DNA of 56,721 nucleotides from a virus (Duplodnaviria; Caudoviricetes): IMG/VR virus record IMGVR_UViG_3300027819_000014, positions 1 to 56,721 of that record; one strand, 5' to 3'. Shown piece by piece: positions 35,092 to 44,318 of this stretch (position 1 is its first letter; each line of letters starts with the position of its first letter). The notes under the pieces were generated by a model. It saw only the letters and a program-made list of their open reading frames with translations, ran no database searches and was not told where the DNA came from. The position numbers and the translations under genes were made by a program.

Positions 35092-37220
35092 ATAATCTTG
35101 CCATCCTCGCAACCGCCGATGCCGATGGGCGTGTAACACCCTCGACGTTACGCCAGGACGCCCGTAGCCGTGTTCTACAGCCCAAGGATAGCCCTACCCC
35201 TATACTCGCGTTCGCAGACGCGGCAGGGCGTGTTTACGCAGAATGGGGTGAATCTAAACACCCCCGTGATCCAGAAGGGGAGGATGGAGGGCAGTTTATA
35301 TCAACAGGTAGCCGTGTCCCAGCATTTATCGGTACGCGGGAGGATGCGTTATCTAAATTCAAAACTAATGGCGTACCGGGGCCAGTGTTCCTTACCACAT
35401 CGCTGACCGCAGCCCGCGCCAAGGCGGAAGACGCTCTACTCTATCACGGTGGCGGGCGAGCAGCGGTGCTGGAGGTGCGGGTACCCGTCGGGGAAGTGTT
35501 AAAGGCAAAGCCCGAGGGTGTATGGCCCGGACGGGGGTTCAGTTTTGTGCGGGACGCTGGGGTACCCGCCGCGTGGATATCCAAGATCACGGAGACCCCG
35601 ATACAGGCATTTGCGGATGTGGAAGAAGCTACACTCTTTTACCTGCCCGTGGTGTTGAAAGATAAACAGCCAAAACAATACGCCATCTCCCGCCCACTCT
35701 ACGTTTCCCGCCATGTGGAGAATGCGGATGAGATCATCACCTGGGCCAAGAGTGTAGGCTTTGACACCACGCTGCCCGCTGAGGATATGCACGTCACGGT
35801 CTGTTACAGCAAGGAGCCAGTGGATTGGCTACAGTTGGATCATGATGATGTGACATTGGAGATACCACCTGAGGGCGTGAGGACGTTAGCGTGGGATGAA
35901 GGGAAGCATCCAAGAGCACCAGCCGGAAGTGAAGATGGTGGGCAGTTTGTTCCTGAAGAATACCACGGGACGGTTGGAAGAGTTGCAAAGTCAATTCTTA
36001 AACGTGGGATCCTTCCTGGTTCTGGTGAGTCTGTGGTTTGGGCCGCATCATGGAAAGAACGTGCTCTTGAGTATTCACTGGAGAAGACTAGACAGTTAGG
36101 TTTGGACAAAGGTCTTTCACAAGAAGCCATTGGAAAATTAACATCCGCACTGGTGGTGTTTCGGCCCAGCGGTGAGATCATTGGACAAGGAATAAACATT
36201 GTCCCGGGCGGTGTCCCGGCAAAAGACATAGTAAGAATTGAATTTTATTCTGTTCATACTTTGGAGACCACTAAGCTCGGCGAAGTTCCGAAGCCAATTG
36301 CGGTTGTTCACCGGCATGGACAGTATGGGGAAGGATTGGCCTATGCTGTTGTGCCTCCAGCGATGTTGTTATCAGTTGATGAGGAAGGTAATTATGCCGA
36401 CCGCACCCTCACTCACTTAGGTGAGGACGGTGCTATGGTTCTCCAGTTCGATTCTGCCCCATTAGCCGCCCGTCATCAATACTTTCTGGATCATGGTGCG
36501 AGTTGGGATTATGATGGTTACCATCCGCACATCACGCTCACGTACGCGGCACCGGCCGGATTAGACCTCAGCACAATAGAACCTTACACGGGCAGGATTG
36601 TACTGGGCTCGGAGGAGTTTCAGGAATTGGAAACAGGCTGGGCGGGGGATATTAAGGAGAATGCTGAGGAAGATGGGGGTGATCCTCGTCGCCTTGGTCC
36701 GGGCGTTTGGCGCACTATTCATGGTAGACGAGTATACATTCGCGATGGTCAGACTCCTGAGTTGGCTATACAGGAAAGTCTTTCTCGGGAAAGTAACTAT
36801 GCTAAATTACGTTTAATTTTGACTGGGCGTATTCAAGATGAGTCACAGGCTAAGCGAGATCCAGATTTAGCTGAGATTGTAAAACGTGGTGAATTGTTTT
36901 CTACAAAGAATAAAGAAATGGTTTCTATGCGAGACGGATTGTGTCATTGGAATGTGGCTAAATTGTTTACACAGGGTAAGGTGGATACAATTGTTCTCGG
37001 TTATGCAAAGAATCCGTATGGTTGGGTTCAGCATACTTGGGGACTAAAGAATGGCTACGTTGTTGAGACAACACCATCAAATTTAGGTGCTAACAAATAC
37101 TTTGGCATGAAATTATCAGCAAAAGAAGCAAAAGCATTTTCCACTTGGACCGAAAAGAATCGTCCAGGTAAGGGTATGGTTCGGACTGTAGAAGGAGGGC
37201 GTCTCCGTGATAAACCTTAG
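35088..37220 (+). CDS. Polyvalent protein: ART-like, split Acb1-like 2H phosphoesterase, second ART-like, papain-like domain
   Basis: HVT (35790) and HIT (36528) 2H motifs; YHGT..ILKRGI; CHWN..GYA..HTW..VETT..YFG; two KHPR and one GVWRT motifs. Confidence 0.8.
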   Translation: MNNLAILATADADGRVTPSTLRQDARSRVLQPKDSPTPILAFADAAGRVYAEWGESKHPRDPEGEDGGQFISTGSRVPAFIGTREDALSKFKTNGVPGPVFLTTSLTAARAKAEDALLYHGGGRAAVLEVRVPVGEVLKAKPEGVWPGRGFSFVRDAGVPAAWISKITETPIQAFADVEEATLFYLPVVLKDKQPKQYAISRPLYVSRHVENADEIITWAKSVGFDTTLPAEDMHVTVCYSKEPVDWLQLDHDDVTLEIPPEGVRTLAWDEGKHPRAPAGSEDGGQFVPEEYHGTVGRVAKSILKRGILPGSGESVVWAASWKERALEYSLEKTRQLGLDKGLSQEAIGKLTSALVVFRPSGEIIGQGINIVPGGVPAKDIVRIEFYSVHTLETTKLGEVPKPIAVVHRHGQYGEGLAYAVVPPAMLLSVDEEGNYADRTLTHLGEDGAMVLQFDSAPLAARHQYFLDHGASWDYDGYHPHITLTYAAPAGLDLSTIEPYTGRIVLGSEEFQELETGWAGDIKENAEEDGGDPRRLGPGVWRTIHGRRVYIRDGQTPELAIQESLSRESNYAKLRLILTGRIQDESQAKRDPDLAEIVKRGELFSTKNKEMVSMRDGLCHWNVAKLFTQGKVDTIVLGYAKNPYGWVQHTWGLKNGYVVETTPSNLGANKYFGMKLSAKEAKAFSTWTEKNRPGKGMVRTVEGGRLRDKP

Positions 37221-40095
37221 TTCTGAACAATTAAGTCATGGGGTTTCTTTGCCACGTGGATATTGGCGTAAATATTTGGGTTCGGAAGATCTAGTTGTCA
37301 AAGAGCATCACCAACCAGGAGGTCATGATCAGGATACACACGGAAATCGGCATACTTTGATGAATCAACGATTCAAGACTTGGTCACAAGTAAATAAAGC
37401 TGCCGATAAGGTTAGATTAGAAACCGGATTTGATGTTGAAGTTCTTCACGATTCTAGTGGTGATCCTGGTCGGAAGTATTTAATTGAGCGCGTACCGGGG
37501 AAGAGCATTCAATCTCGGCAGTCCGGAGAGAGTGATAAGGATTATTTGGTACGGATTATTAAAGGTGATTATGCGCAGAAAGATATTCCCACCACCATCG
37601 ACTACGCTCAGATCAAGAATGATCTCGACGCACTGGAGGCTAAGTTCAAAGATGAACTCCGCACCGTGCTCACCCAATCCCGAGATGCGGTAATGGCCAC
37701 GGTTAAGCGGAGTAAGGATTTGGCCAAGCTGCAAAAGGATATCGCCATCCCCTACGAGAAAGGGATACAGGACGTGATCCTGGCCGCGATGCAACGCGCG
37801 CTCACACGCGGGAGCGCAGACGCGAGTAAGGAGATCGGACGGGCGCGGAAGGATGTTAAAAAGAATTCAATTCAATCTTATGCCAAGACTCCCACCTTCA
37901 CCCCACAAGCCGCAATCAAATGGCTCCGGGCCAAAGCGTTCTGGGTCGCGGATGTATTGTTAGGCGGATTGACTGAGGATATCCGTTTGGCGATTATCAA
38001 TGGCCTTAAGTTTGGTACGCCGACCAGTGAGATCATTACTGCTATAGCCCAAACGTATATCCCATATTTAGGTGACCCGACGGCGGTGAAGGATGGCGAG
38101 TTGCCCACCGCAGCCAGACTGGAAACCGTGGTGAGGACAAACGTGGTCGAGGCGTACAATCAAGGTAGAATTGCTACGTTCATTCGGCCAGATATGATGC
38201 CGTTCTTGGATGGGATTCGGTACTCTGCCATTCTTGATTCACGTACGACACCAGTCTGTCGGTACCTACACGAGCGAATTTTTAGGCCAGAGGATATAAC
38301 GATAACAGGATTAATTCCGCCAAATCATTTTAATTGTTTCATTAGTGGTCTCACAGGTGTGTTTACTGCAAAAGGATGGAAGAGTATTTGTAAAATAGAT
38401 CGTGGGGATTTGGTGTTGACACATAAAGGGCGTTTTCGCCCTGTTACTTTTGTTCATCATAAACAATCCCCTCAGGTGTATCGTGGGAATGTGGTGCGTG
38501 TGAAGTTGCAGTTTCGGTCTTTGCGGAAAACTTTGGTTTGCACCCCAGACCACCCCGTGCTAACCAGCAGTGGCTGGAAAGCAGCCAAGGAGATAACCAC
38601 ATCTGATTCTGTCATTGCTCTTACTAAACCATGTGCAGGATGTTCAACACCTTTACTTCATGTTTCGGGTAATGGCGAAGAAGTAAAATATTGTAGCATT
38701 AAATGTCAAGTACGTTTTGAATATCGAACCGGCGCTCGTGATAGATTTGCTATCACAGCTGCTGCAAATGCTGCAACACGTGAAAAAGCTGTGAACGGTG
38801 ATCACGTATTTCAAAGACCGGATGTTCGAGAAAAATCTTCGCTCGCACGGTTTGCTAGTAAGAAATTTTGGCATTCTATAACTGTTGGGCGTCGTGGGGA
38901 ACTTAATCCCATGTCCAAATCGAGAAACCCCGAGTCAGCTATAAAAAACGGTAAGAGATTGGTGAAGAGGTGGCGTGACAATCCAGAATTACATCCGAAT
39001 CACTCTATGATTAACGTATCAAAACGGCAACGTAGGATATATGACCTTGCTCGTGGTTTGTTTTTGGGTGGGGTGAAGCTAGAGCATCCCATTCGTACTC
39101 AGAAGTCAGTTAGATATGCTGATATTGCCTTGTTGAAACATAAAGTAGTAATCGAGTACGATGGGGGACATTGGCATACAAACTTGGATAAAGACACGTT
39201 GCGTGATACGGAATTGATGGCTGCTGGTTGGCAGGTTCTTCATTATAGGGACAAGATGCCAACCAGCAGCGAACTAAGGTCCGATGTGAATAGGTTGTTA
39301 AAGAACCATCGGAAAGAATATACATTCGGAGAAGTTACGGTGACCGACGTTGAAGTTAGACCCCTCCGCAGAAGTGTTTTGTTATATAACATTTCCGTTT
39401 TAGACGACGAATCTTACATAGTCGGCTGTGGAGGAGCGGTCGTTCACAATTGTCGTTCGCTTGTCGTTCCAGTTTCAGTAGGTGAATTGTCGCATGCGCC
39501 GGATTTCAAAGTGGATCCGAAGGTGTACATCACGGACGAGGAGATACTACACGCACAGTCACTGGCGGATGCGAAGTTTTTGGCGCAGGAAGATGACGTG
39601 CACGATCATGCTATTGACGATGAGACCGGAGTCTGGCGCACCGTCCGTGGCCGCAAGGTATTTATCAAAGATGGTGAGACACCGACCCAAGCCGTAAAGA
39701 GATCAATCGCAGAGCGCTCAGCCAAAGCCAAACATTCCCACATTCCCGCGACCAAAGAGCGCCAACTCAAAGCTGCTAAGTATGAAGAAGCCGTAGCCAA
39801 GTTGATCAACGGCAAGAATTTGGACGACCACGAGCCGTTCGATGTAATAGCAGGCAAGCATGCGGTAGAAGTGAAAACACTTCTCAGTGGCAAGAATCCG
39901 AAGCTGACCATGCATCCGGATTCTTTGGCACGTAAAAATACATTCCTGAAGAAAAAAGAGATGATCGGGCACACGGTGGCGATAGACGCACGTGGCAAGA
40001 CACCTGTGTACTATTACCGTGAAGGGGTAGGGAGTTTCAGGCTGGACAATATGCGGACGGTTAAGGGTGCGGAATTGAAAGGGTTGATGAAATGA
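37207..40095 (+). CDS. MuF/SPP1 gp7-like head morphogenesis protein with intein and C-terminal PD-(D/E)XK-like domain
   Basis: RLETVVRTN..AYNQGR, YSAILDSRTT.VC, PPNHFN|CRS; tail PFDV..AVEVKT. Confidence 0.9.
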   Translation: MINLSSEQLSHGVSLPRGYWRKYLGSEDLVVKEHHQPGGHDQDTHGNRHTLMNQRFKTWSQVNKAADKVRLETGFDVEVLHDSSGDPGRKYLIERVPGKSIQSRQSGESDKDYLVRIIKGDYAQKDIPTTIDYAQIKNDLDALEAKFKDELRTVLTQSRDAVMATVKRSKDLAKLQKDIAIPYEKGIQDVILAAMQRALTRGSADASKEIGRARKDVKKNSIQSYAKTPTFTPQAAIKWLRAKAFWVADVLLGGLTEDIRLAIINGLKFGTPTSEIITAIAQTYIPYLGDPTAVKDGELPTAARLETVVRTNVVEAYNQGRIATFIRPDMMPFLDGIRYSAILDSRTTPVCRYLHERIFRPEDITITGLIPPNHFNCFISGLTGVFTAKGWKSICKIDRGDLVLTHKGRFRPVTFVHHKQSPQVYRGNVVRVKLQFRSLRKTLVCTPDHPVLTSSGWKAAKEITTSDSVIALTKPCAGCSTPLLHVSGNGEEVKYCSIKCQVRFEYRTGARDRFAITAAANAATREKAVNGDHVFQRPDVREKSSLARFASKKFWHSITVGRRGELNPMSKSRNPESAIKNGKRLVKRWRDNPELHPNHSMINVSKRQRRIYDLARGLFLGGVKLEHPIRTQKSVRYADIALLKHKVVIEYDGGHWHTNLDKDTLRDTELMAAGWQVLHYRDKMPTSSELRSDVNRLLKNHRKEYTFGEVTVTDVEVRPLRRSVLLYNISVLDDESYIVGCGGAVVHNCRSLVVPVSVGELSHAPDFKVDPKVYITDEEILHAQSLADAKFLAQEDDVHDHAIDDETGVWRTVRGRKVFIKDGETPTQAVKRSIAERSAKAKHSHIPATKERQLKAAKYEEAVAKLINGKNLDDHEPFDVIAGKHAVEVKTLLSGKNPKLTMHPDSLARKNTFLKKKEMIGHTVAIDARGKTPVYYYREGVGSFRLDNMRTVKGAELKGLMK
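38335..39450 (+). mobile_element. Intein (372 aa) with Vsr/DUF559-like endonuclease
   Basis: CFISG start, CTPDHP, LYNISV.DDESY..VHN/C end; YADI..IEYDGGHWH..D..RD..L..GWQVL. Confidence 0.9.
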
Positions 40096-40352
40096 CCTAC
40101 ACCGTAGTGGATGAAGCAGGCCAGTCTCGCGATATAGCCTCGAACGCGGGGCTACAACGGCTCCGCAGTGAGTGTACAGGGGCGCTAGCCGAGTTCCTAG
40201 ACGCGGGTGAGGGTAATGACGAGCTGAGGCAGCGGATTGCGGTACAGGGCATGCAGCCCAAGGGTGGTGAGTGGGGTTACATCCCGGGGTTATTTGCGGA
40301 ACTGAAAGGCCATGTGACGTTGAGCAACGGGGTGGTGGAGGACGAGGAATGA
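40092..40352 (+). CDS. Small acidic protein; candidate immunity protein
   Basis: ATGA-coupled to the MuF nuclease tail. Confidence 0.55.
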   Translation: MTYTVVDEAGQSRDIASNAGLQRLRSECTGALAEFLDAGEGNDELRQRIAVQGMQPKGGEWGYIPGLFAELKGHVTLSNGVVEDEE

Positions 40353-40564
40353 ATCCCCAACAATATTTGAAGCCGCAAGAAGAAGTAAACATCACAGGCT
40401 GCGTCCGCTGTGTGCACTACCAGAATTCAGATATCTTTCAATTGTGTGGCCACCCTAACTCGGAGTACACGATCGGCAGTAAGAAGGATTTCCACACGTG
40501 TCAGCACATGCGACACAGTGCTGGTGGATGCGGTCCTGACAGGAGGCTGGCGAAAAATGTCTAA
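40349..40564 (+). CDS. Small Cys-rich protein
   Basis: CVRC..LC.HP..C..MR..CGP. Confidence 0.65.
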   Translation: MNPQQYLKPQEEVNITGCVRCVHYQNSDIFQLCGHPNSEYTIGSKKDFHTCQHMRHSAGGCGPDRRLAKNV

Positions 40565-40820
40565 CAACATGACCCGTGGCTTGACTGATTTCAACTTACC
40601 CCCTACGCCTAAGGGCGCACGGTTGGTTCAATTTGATAGCACCGGGCGGGCGGTCACGGAATCGGTTAGAGCAACAGTAGAGCACAACAAGTATCTAGAG
40701 CGTCAGCGGGCGATGTCAGAGCAGCAACGGGCTAGGCGGGCAAATGGTAGTGGTAAGGCAGATACAGAAACAGTGCGGCCATTGATGGAATTGTTGCGAC
40801 TGGTGAATGAGGCAGAATGA
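40557..40820 (+). CDS. Hypothetical protein
   Basis: RBS GGAGG. Confidence 0.6.
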   Translation: MSNNMTRGLTDFNLPPTPKGARLVQFDSTGRAVTESVRATVEHNKYLERQRAMSEQQRARRANGSGKADTETVRPLMELLRLVNEAE

Positions 40821-41245
40821 AACTTTTCGTGGACATGGATGGCGTGATCGTACATCAAACCGGACGGGATGGGTTCGACGCAATGCCCTGGATGGATGAT
40901 GGAAAAGAGTTATGGGAATATATCAAAGCGTTCAGCCCAGTTATCTTATCTCAGTTGTCCCCGGATATCTACGATCGAGGATCAGCGCAGAAAAGAATTT
41001 GGTGTGATCGGGAATTGGGTGTAGACGTACCGTTGATTGTAGTCAGAGCGGATACATTTCACACAGCCAAGTTTGTGTACGCGGGCGTGGACGCGGTACT
41101 GATAGATGACCATGCGGCGCAGCATCAGCAGGCGTGGGAGCAGCGGGGCGGAATATTTATTGAGCACAGATCGGCGGAGACTACGATTAAGCGGCTACAG
41201 GAATTGTTGGGCGTGGACAATTATTACGAGGCGGAGCGAGCGTGA
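40817..41245 (+). CDS. HAD-family 5'(3')-deoxyribonucleotidase-like protein
   Basis: FVDMDGV, ILS, LIDD, W...GG..I.H. Confidence 0.85.
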   Translation: MKLFVDMDGVIVHQTGRDGFDAMPWMDDGKELWEYIKAFSPVILSQLSPDIYDRGSAQKRIWCDRELGVDVPLIVVRADTFHTAKFVYAGVDAVLIDDHAAQHQQAWEQRGGIFIEHRSAETTIKRLQELLGVDNYYEAERA

Positions 41246-41697
41246 CAACGGTATATTTACTTATTGGTCTGTGGGTGGCGTTCAATCTGATCGCGCCGTA
41301 TGCGGTATTGTTACGTGCGGAACCGATATCATGGGGTCGATTGCCCGCAGAGTTGCTGACAGCGGAACGGGACAGAAACGTGCGATTCTACATCACAACG
41401 CTTAATAATTCATATGGCTACTCCGTGTTCTCACCGTTCCTGAATCTGGTGGTGTTCGATAAACGCTTCTTCGCCCATGCTTCTCCCTCACTGATGAGGT
41501 TCGTAATCGCACATGAACTTGCGCACTTCCACCTCAACCATCACAGGAAAAGATGGGTAATGGTGTTGACCGGATTGGTGCTGATTCCTGCTGTTCGCAG
41601 ATGGCTGTTGCGGATGGAGGATGAGGCGGATGTGGAAGCGGTGCGGCGTACAGGGCTTGAGCGTAAATTGTTTCCGGAGCTTCAAGGGAAAGTATGA
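41242..41697 (+). CDS. Membrane zinc metallopeptidase (M48/M56-like)
   Basis: HELAH, E.EAD, hydrophobic helices. Confidence 0.75.
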   Translation: MTTVYLLIGLWVAFNLIAPYAVLLRAEPISWGRLPAELLTAERDRNVRFYITTLNNSYGYSVFSPFLNLVVFDKRFFAHASPSLMRFVIAHELAHFHLNHHRKRWVMVLTGLVLIPAVRRWLLRMEDEADVEAVRRTGLERKLFPELQGKV

Positions 41698-41987
41698 TTG
41701 GAGTTTCTATACATGATTTCGGACAAACGCCATCGTTCTTGGCACCGACGCCAGCCTTCTCATTTTTCGAGTATGCAATTCAGGGTCAACTTGTTAATTT
41801 TGATGTCTTCGAGTCATTAGGTGGCGGCTGGCACGAGTACAGGCAGGGAAGGTTCGATTTTTATGCTCCTGGTTGGTTGAGTGGTTATGATGACGAGGAC
41901 GTGGAGAAAACTCCTGTGATGGTCCGCGGCAGGTCGTATTCTATGTTTGGTGTCGGATGGGGGCACAATGGACGAACAGAAGATTAG
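41694..41987 (+). CDS. Hypothetical protein
   Basis: ATGA overlap. Confidence 0.6.
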   Translation: MIGVSIHDFGQTPSFLAPTPAFSFFEYAIQGQLVNFDVFESLGGGWHEYRQGRFDFYAPGWLSGYDDEDVEKTPVMVRGRSYSMFGVGWGHNGRTED

Positions 41988-42132
41988 AGATCAGTTGAAG
42001 AAACTGGAATCCAAAACGGAGTCCCGGAGCGATCGGCAATTGGATCGGCTGAAAGAGTCCAAGTGGACTGGTCGGATTATTGGAGTATTGGTCATACTCT
42101 TGGTTGTGCTGGCGGTGGTGGTGGTGTTATGA
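41968..42132 (+). CDS. Small membrane protein
   Basis: C-terminal hydrophobic helix. Confidence 0.6.
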   Translation: MDEQKIRDQLKKLESKTESRSDRQLDRLKESKWTGRIIGVLVILLVVLAVVVVL

Positions 42133-42797
42133 CCGACCCAAAAGTGAAAGATAAATTCCCGCAGAAACGTACCTATCGTGGTGCTCCTGCCGTCACGGAA
42201 GCCGATACCTTACTGGATCTTCCGGGGTTACAGTTTTCTGAATCCGATTTGGCTTCTATCAATCACTCTTCGGCGGGGGAGAATTATGGGAGAATTTTGT
42301 ACACCTTGGCTTGTAGGTGCTTGGCTGGTTCTGGCGCCGCTAATGCCATTCTTGAAATCGGTTCTGGAGGAAGCAGCATTACTTTTGCCAAAGCATTGGG
42401 AAAGGTTGGTGATAGATCACCTAAACTTTGTTCCGTCGAGATTGATATCAACAAGCCGAGCTTCCATGATGTGGAGGTCGTGAGCAGTTTGGATGTGGAT
42501 TGGCAGGTGGTGCACGGAGACTCACTTAAGGTTCCGTTGGACAAGGTGCCGTTCGCGGCGGATATGCTGTACATAGACGGGGATCATGGCGGCGATCATG
42601 CCATTGGTGATTACCGGAAATTTGCACCTCTCGTACGCGCAGGCGGGCTGGTTGTGTTTGATGACTATCCGACCGCGCCGGGTGTGGTCAATGGGGTATC
42701 GGCGATTGTGGAGATACTTAAATCGGAAGGCGTGGTCGGGAAGGTGTTAACGTATAACACGCAGGATAGCAATTCGTTTTATGTGATTCAGAAGTAG
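42129..42797 (+). CDS. Class I SAM methyltransferase (Methyltransf_24-like)
   Basis: ILEIGSGG, HGDS, LYIDGDH, GGLVVFDDY. Confidence 0.88.
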   Translation: MTDPKVKDKFPQKRTYRGAPAVTEADTLLDLPGLQFSESDLASINHSSAGENYGRILYTLACRCLAGSGAANAILEIGSGGSSITFAKALGKVGDRSPKLCSVEIDINKPSFHDVEVVSSLDVDWQVVHGDSLKVPLDKVPFAADMLYIDGDHGGDHAIGDYRKFAPLVRAGGLVVFDDYPTAPGVVNGVSAIVEILKSEGVVGKVLTYNTQDSNSFYVIQK

Positions 42798-42824
42798 AGT
42801 TTCATTTCACAAGGAGTTTTCGCC

Positions 42825-43112
42825 ATGAAGAGCGAAATGTTTGATGTAAAAGTCGAAGAGTTCGAAGACCCCTCAATAGGTAGCCATTCTCGTAGATTAG
42901 TTATTCTGGCTAATTTGCGGAAGCGGACCAGGATAACGGAGGCGCAGCAGGCGCTTCAAGAACTGCATATCGTGATACGGACTCTGATCAAAGAATTTGA
43001 AACTTCAACTGCGTTGCATGTCACGGATGTGGATTTGATCCCGATGGATCGGATGGACGGGTCGGACTATACCGTTCCGGAGCCTATCGTTCGTATCATG
43101 GCGGGATTATGA
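42825..43112 (+). CDS. Hypothetical protein
   Basis: RBS AAGGAG. Confidence 0.65.
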   Translation: MKSEMFDVKVEEFEDPSIGSHSRRLVILANLRKRTRITEAQQALQELHIVIRTLIKEFETSTALHVTDVDLIPMDRMDGSDYTVPEPIVRIMAGL

Positions 43113-43348
43113 AAACCATCCCGCAGTGGCCGAAGATGCGTTGGTGTTTGCGGCGAAATGGTCAGATTGGCGGAATTATTTTACAAGGAGTTACGGTAAT
43201 AGAAGGGGCACAAATTTCTATTGATCAGTGTATCTCCCATACAGAGTTGGATCGTTCCCGGTTTCCGTTCTTGTACTGGTGTCGGGAAGAAAGGAAAAGA
43301 ATTCGCCATAAGATTAATAGTTGTATTATTGACAAGGTGTCAGCATGA
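43109..43348 (+). CDS. Hypothetical protein
   Basis: ATGA overlap. Confidence 0.55.
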   Translation: MKTIPQWPKMRWCLRRNGQIGGIILQGVTVIEGAQISIDQCISHTELDRSRFPFLYWCREERKRIRHKINSCIIDKVSA

Positions 43349-43487
43349 AGAAAATTATTATGGGTAAGATGTTTTATACATGGTTTAACAAGGAAAAAGT
43401 TAAGACACCGACGCTGGACGAGAAGACAGCAAAAATTGCTTTCAAGGCGGGTTTTGTTTTGGCTAAGCAGTGTGCCAGGGAATTTTC

Positions 43488-44318
43488 ATGAGCAAGATAT
43501 CAGTCGTACTTTGTGTCTTGACCCCGACGCCATTCCTTCGCGCCATGACAGAATTCGCGATTAGGACATTGCGGATGCACGCGGATAATGAATTTGAGTT
43601 GGTAGTGGTGGAGGCAGAAGGAAATTATTTTAATCCGCAATACAGATCTGGGTGGGCTGACGGCACTGCTACGGTGGTGATGTTGCCTTTGGAGGAACGA
43701 GGAAAAACTGACGGGGCAGACGTCTATCTCAACTTCACACCTAAGATCGGTTGTGTGAAGGAACTGAACAAGGGGTTGGAAGCGGCCACCGGGGATTTCA
43801 TTGTCTGCACGGGTAATGATGTGATCGTACCTCCGCACTGGGACACAGAACTTTTACGATGCTTTGATGAGCGGAAGGACTGCGCCTTAGCTTCTTTATC
43901 CGCGCTGGAGCCGGGCTGGGTCGTGGGACCAGCACAGACGATGGACATGATTGTGGAGGGTAACTATTCTCCCTTCTGCATGTTCCGCAAGGGTGAGGTG
44001 TTTGACGAGGCTTACACCAAGATATACCAAGACAGTGATCTGGTGATGCGGATATATGAGCGAGGTCAACGGGCGTATCGCTCCTGCCGTGCCCACGTGC
44101 ACCATCTTTGCCGCATGACCTCCGACCGGGTGGATCCCACAGGGCATGATCGGCAATTGGCTCAGGATGAGCAATTGTTTTATAGTCGGTGGGAGAAATC
44201 CCCGCTGATGATGTTCGGGATGATACGGTACGGGCGTTGGCAGTATGGGCTGGAGCATCAATCTTTTACCACTCCGATAAATCGCCATCTGCTGCCGAGT
44301 AAGAGCGGGGTGTGGTGA
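43488..44318 (+). CDS. Glycosyltransferase, GT2/GT-A fold
   Basis: KISVV, ELVVVE, N.GLEAATGDFIV..ND, FDE.Y..YQDSDL..R. Confidence 0.85.
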   Translation: MSKISVVLCVLTPTPFLRAMTEFAIRTLRMHADNEFELVVVEAEGNYFNPQYRSGWADGTATVVMLPLEERGKTDGADVYLNFTPKIGCVKELNKGLEAATGDFIVCTGNDVIVPPHWDTELLRCFDERKDCALASLSALEPGWVVGPAQTMDMIVEGNYSPFCMFRKGEVFDEAYTKIYQDSDLVMRIYERGQRAYRSCRAHVHHLCRMTSDRVDPTGHDRQLAQDEQLFYSRWEKSPLMMFGMIRYGRWQYGLEHQSFTTPINRHLLPSKSGVW

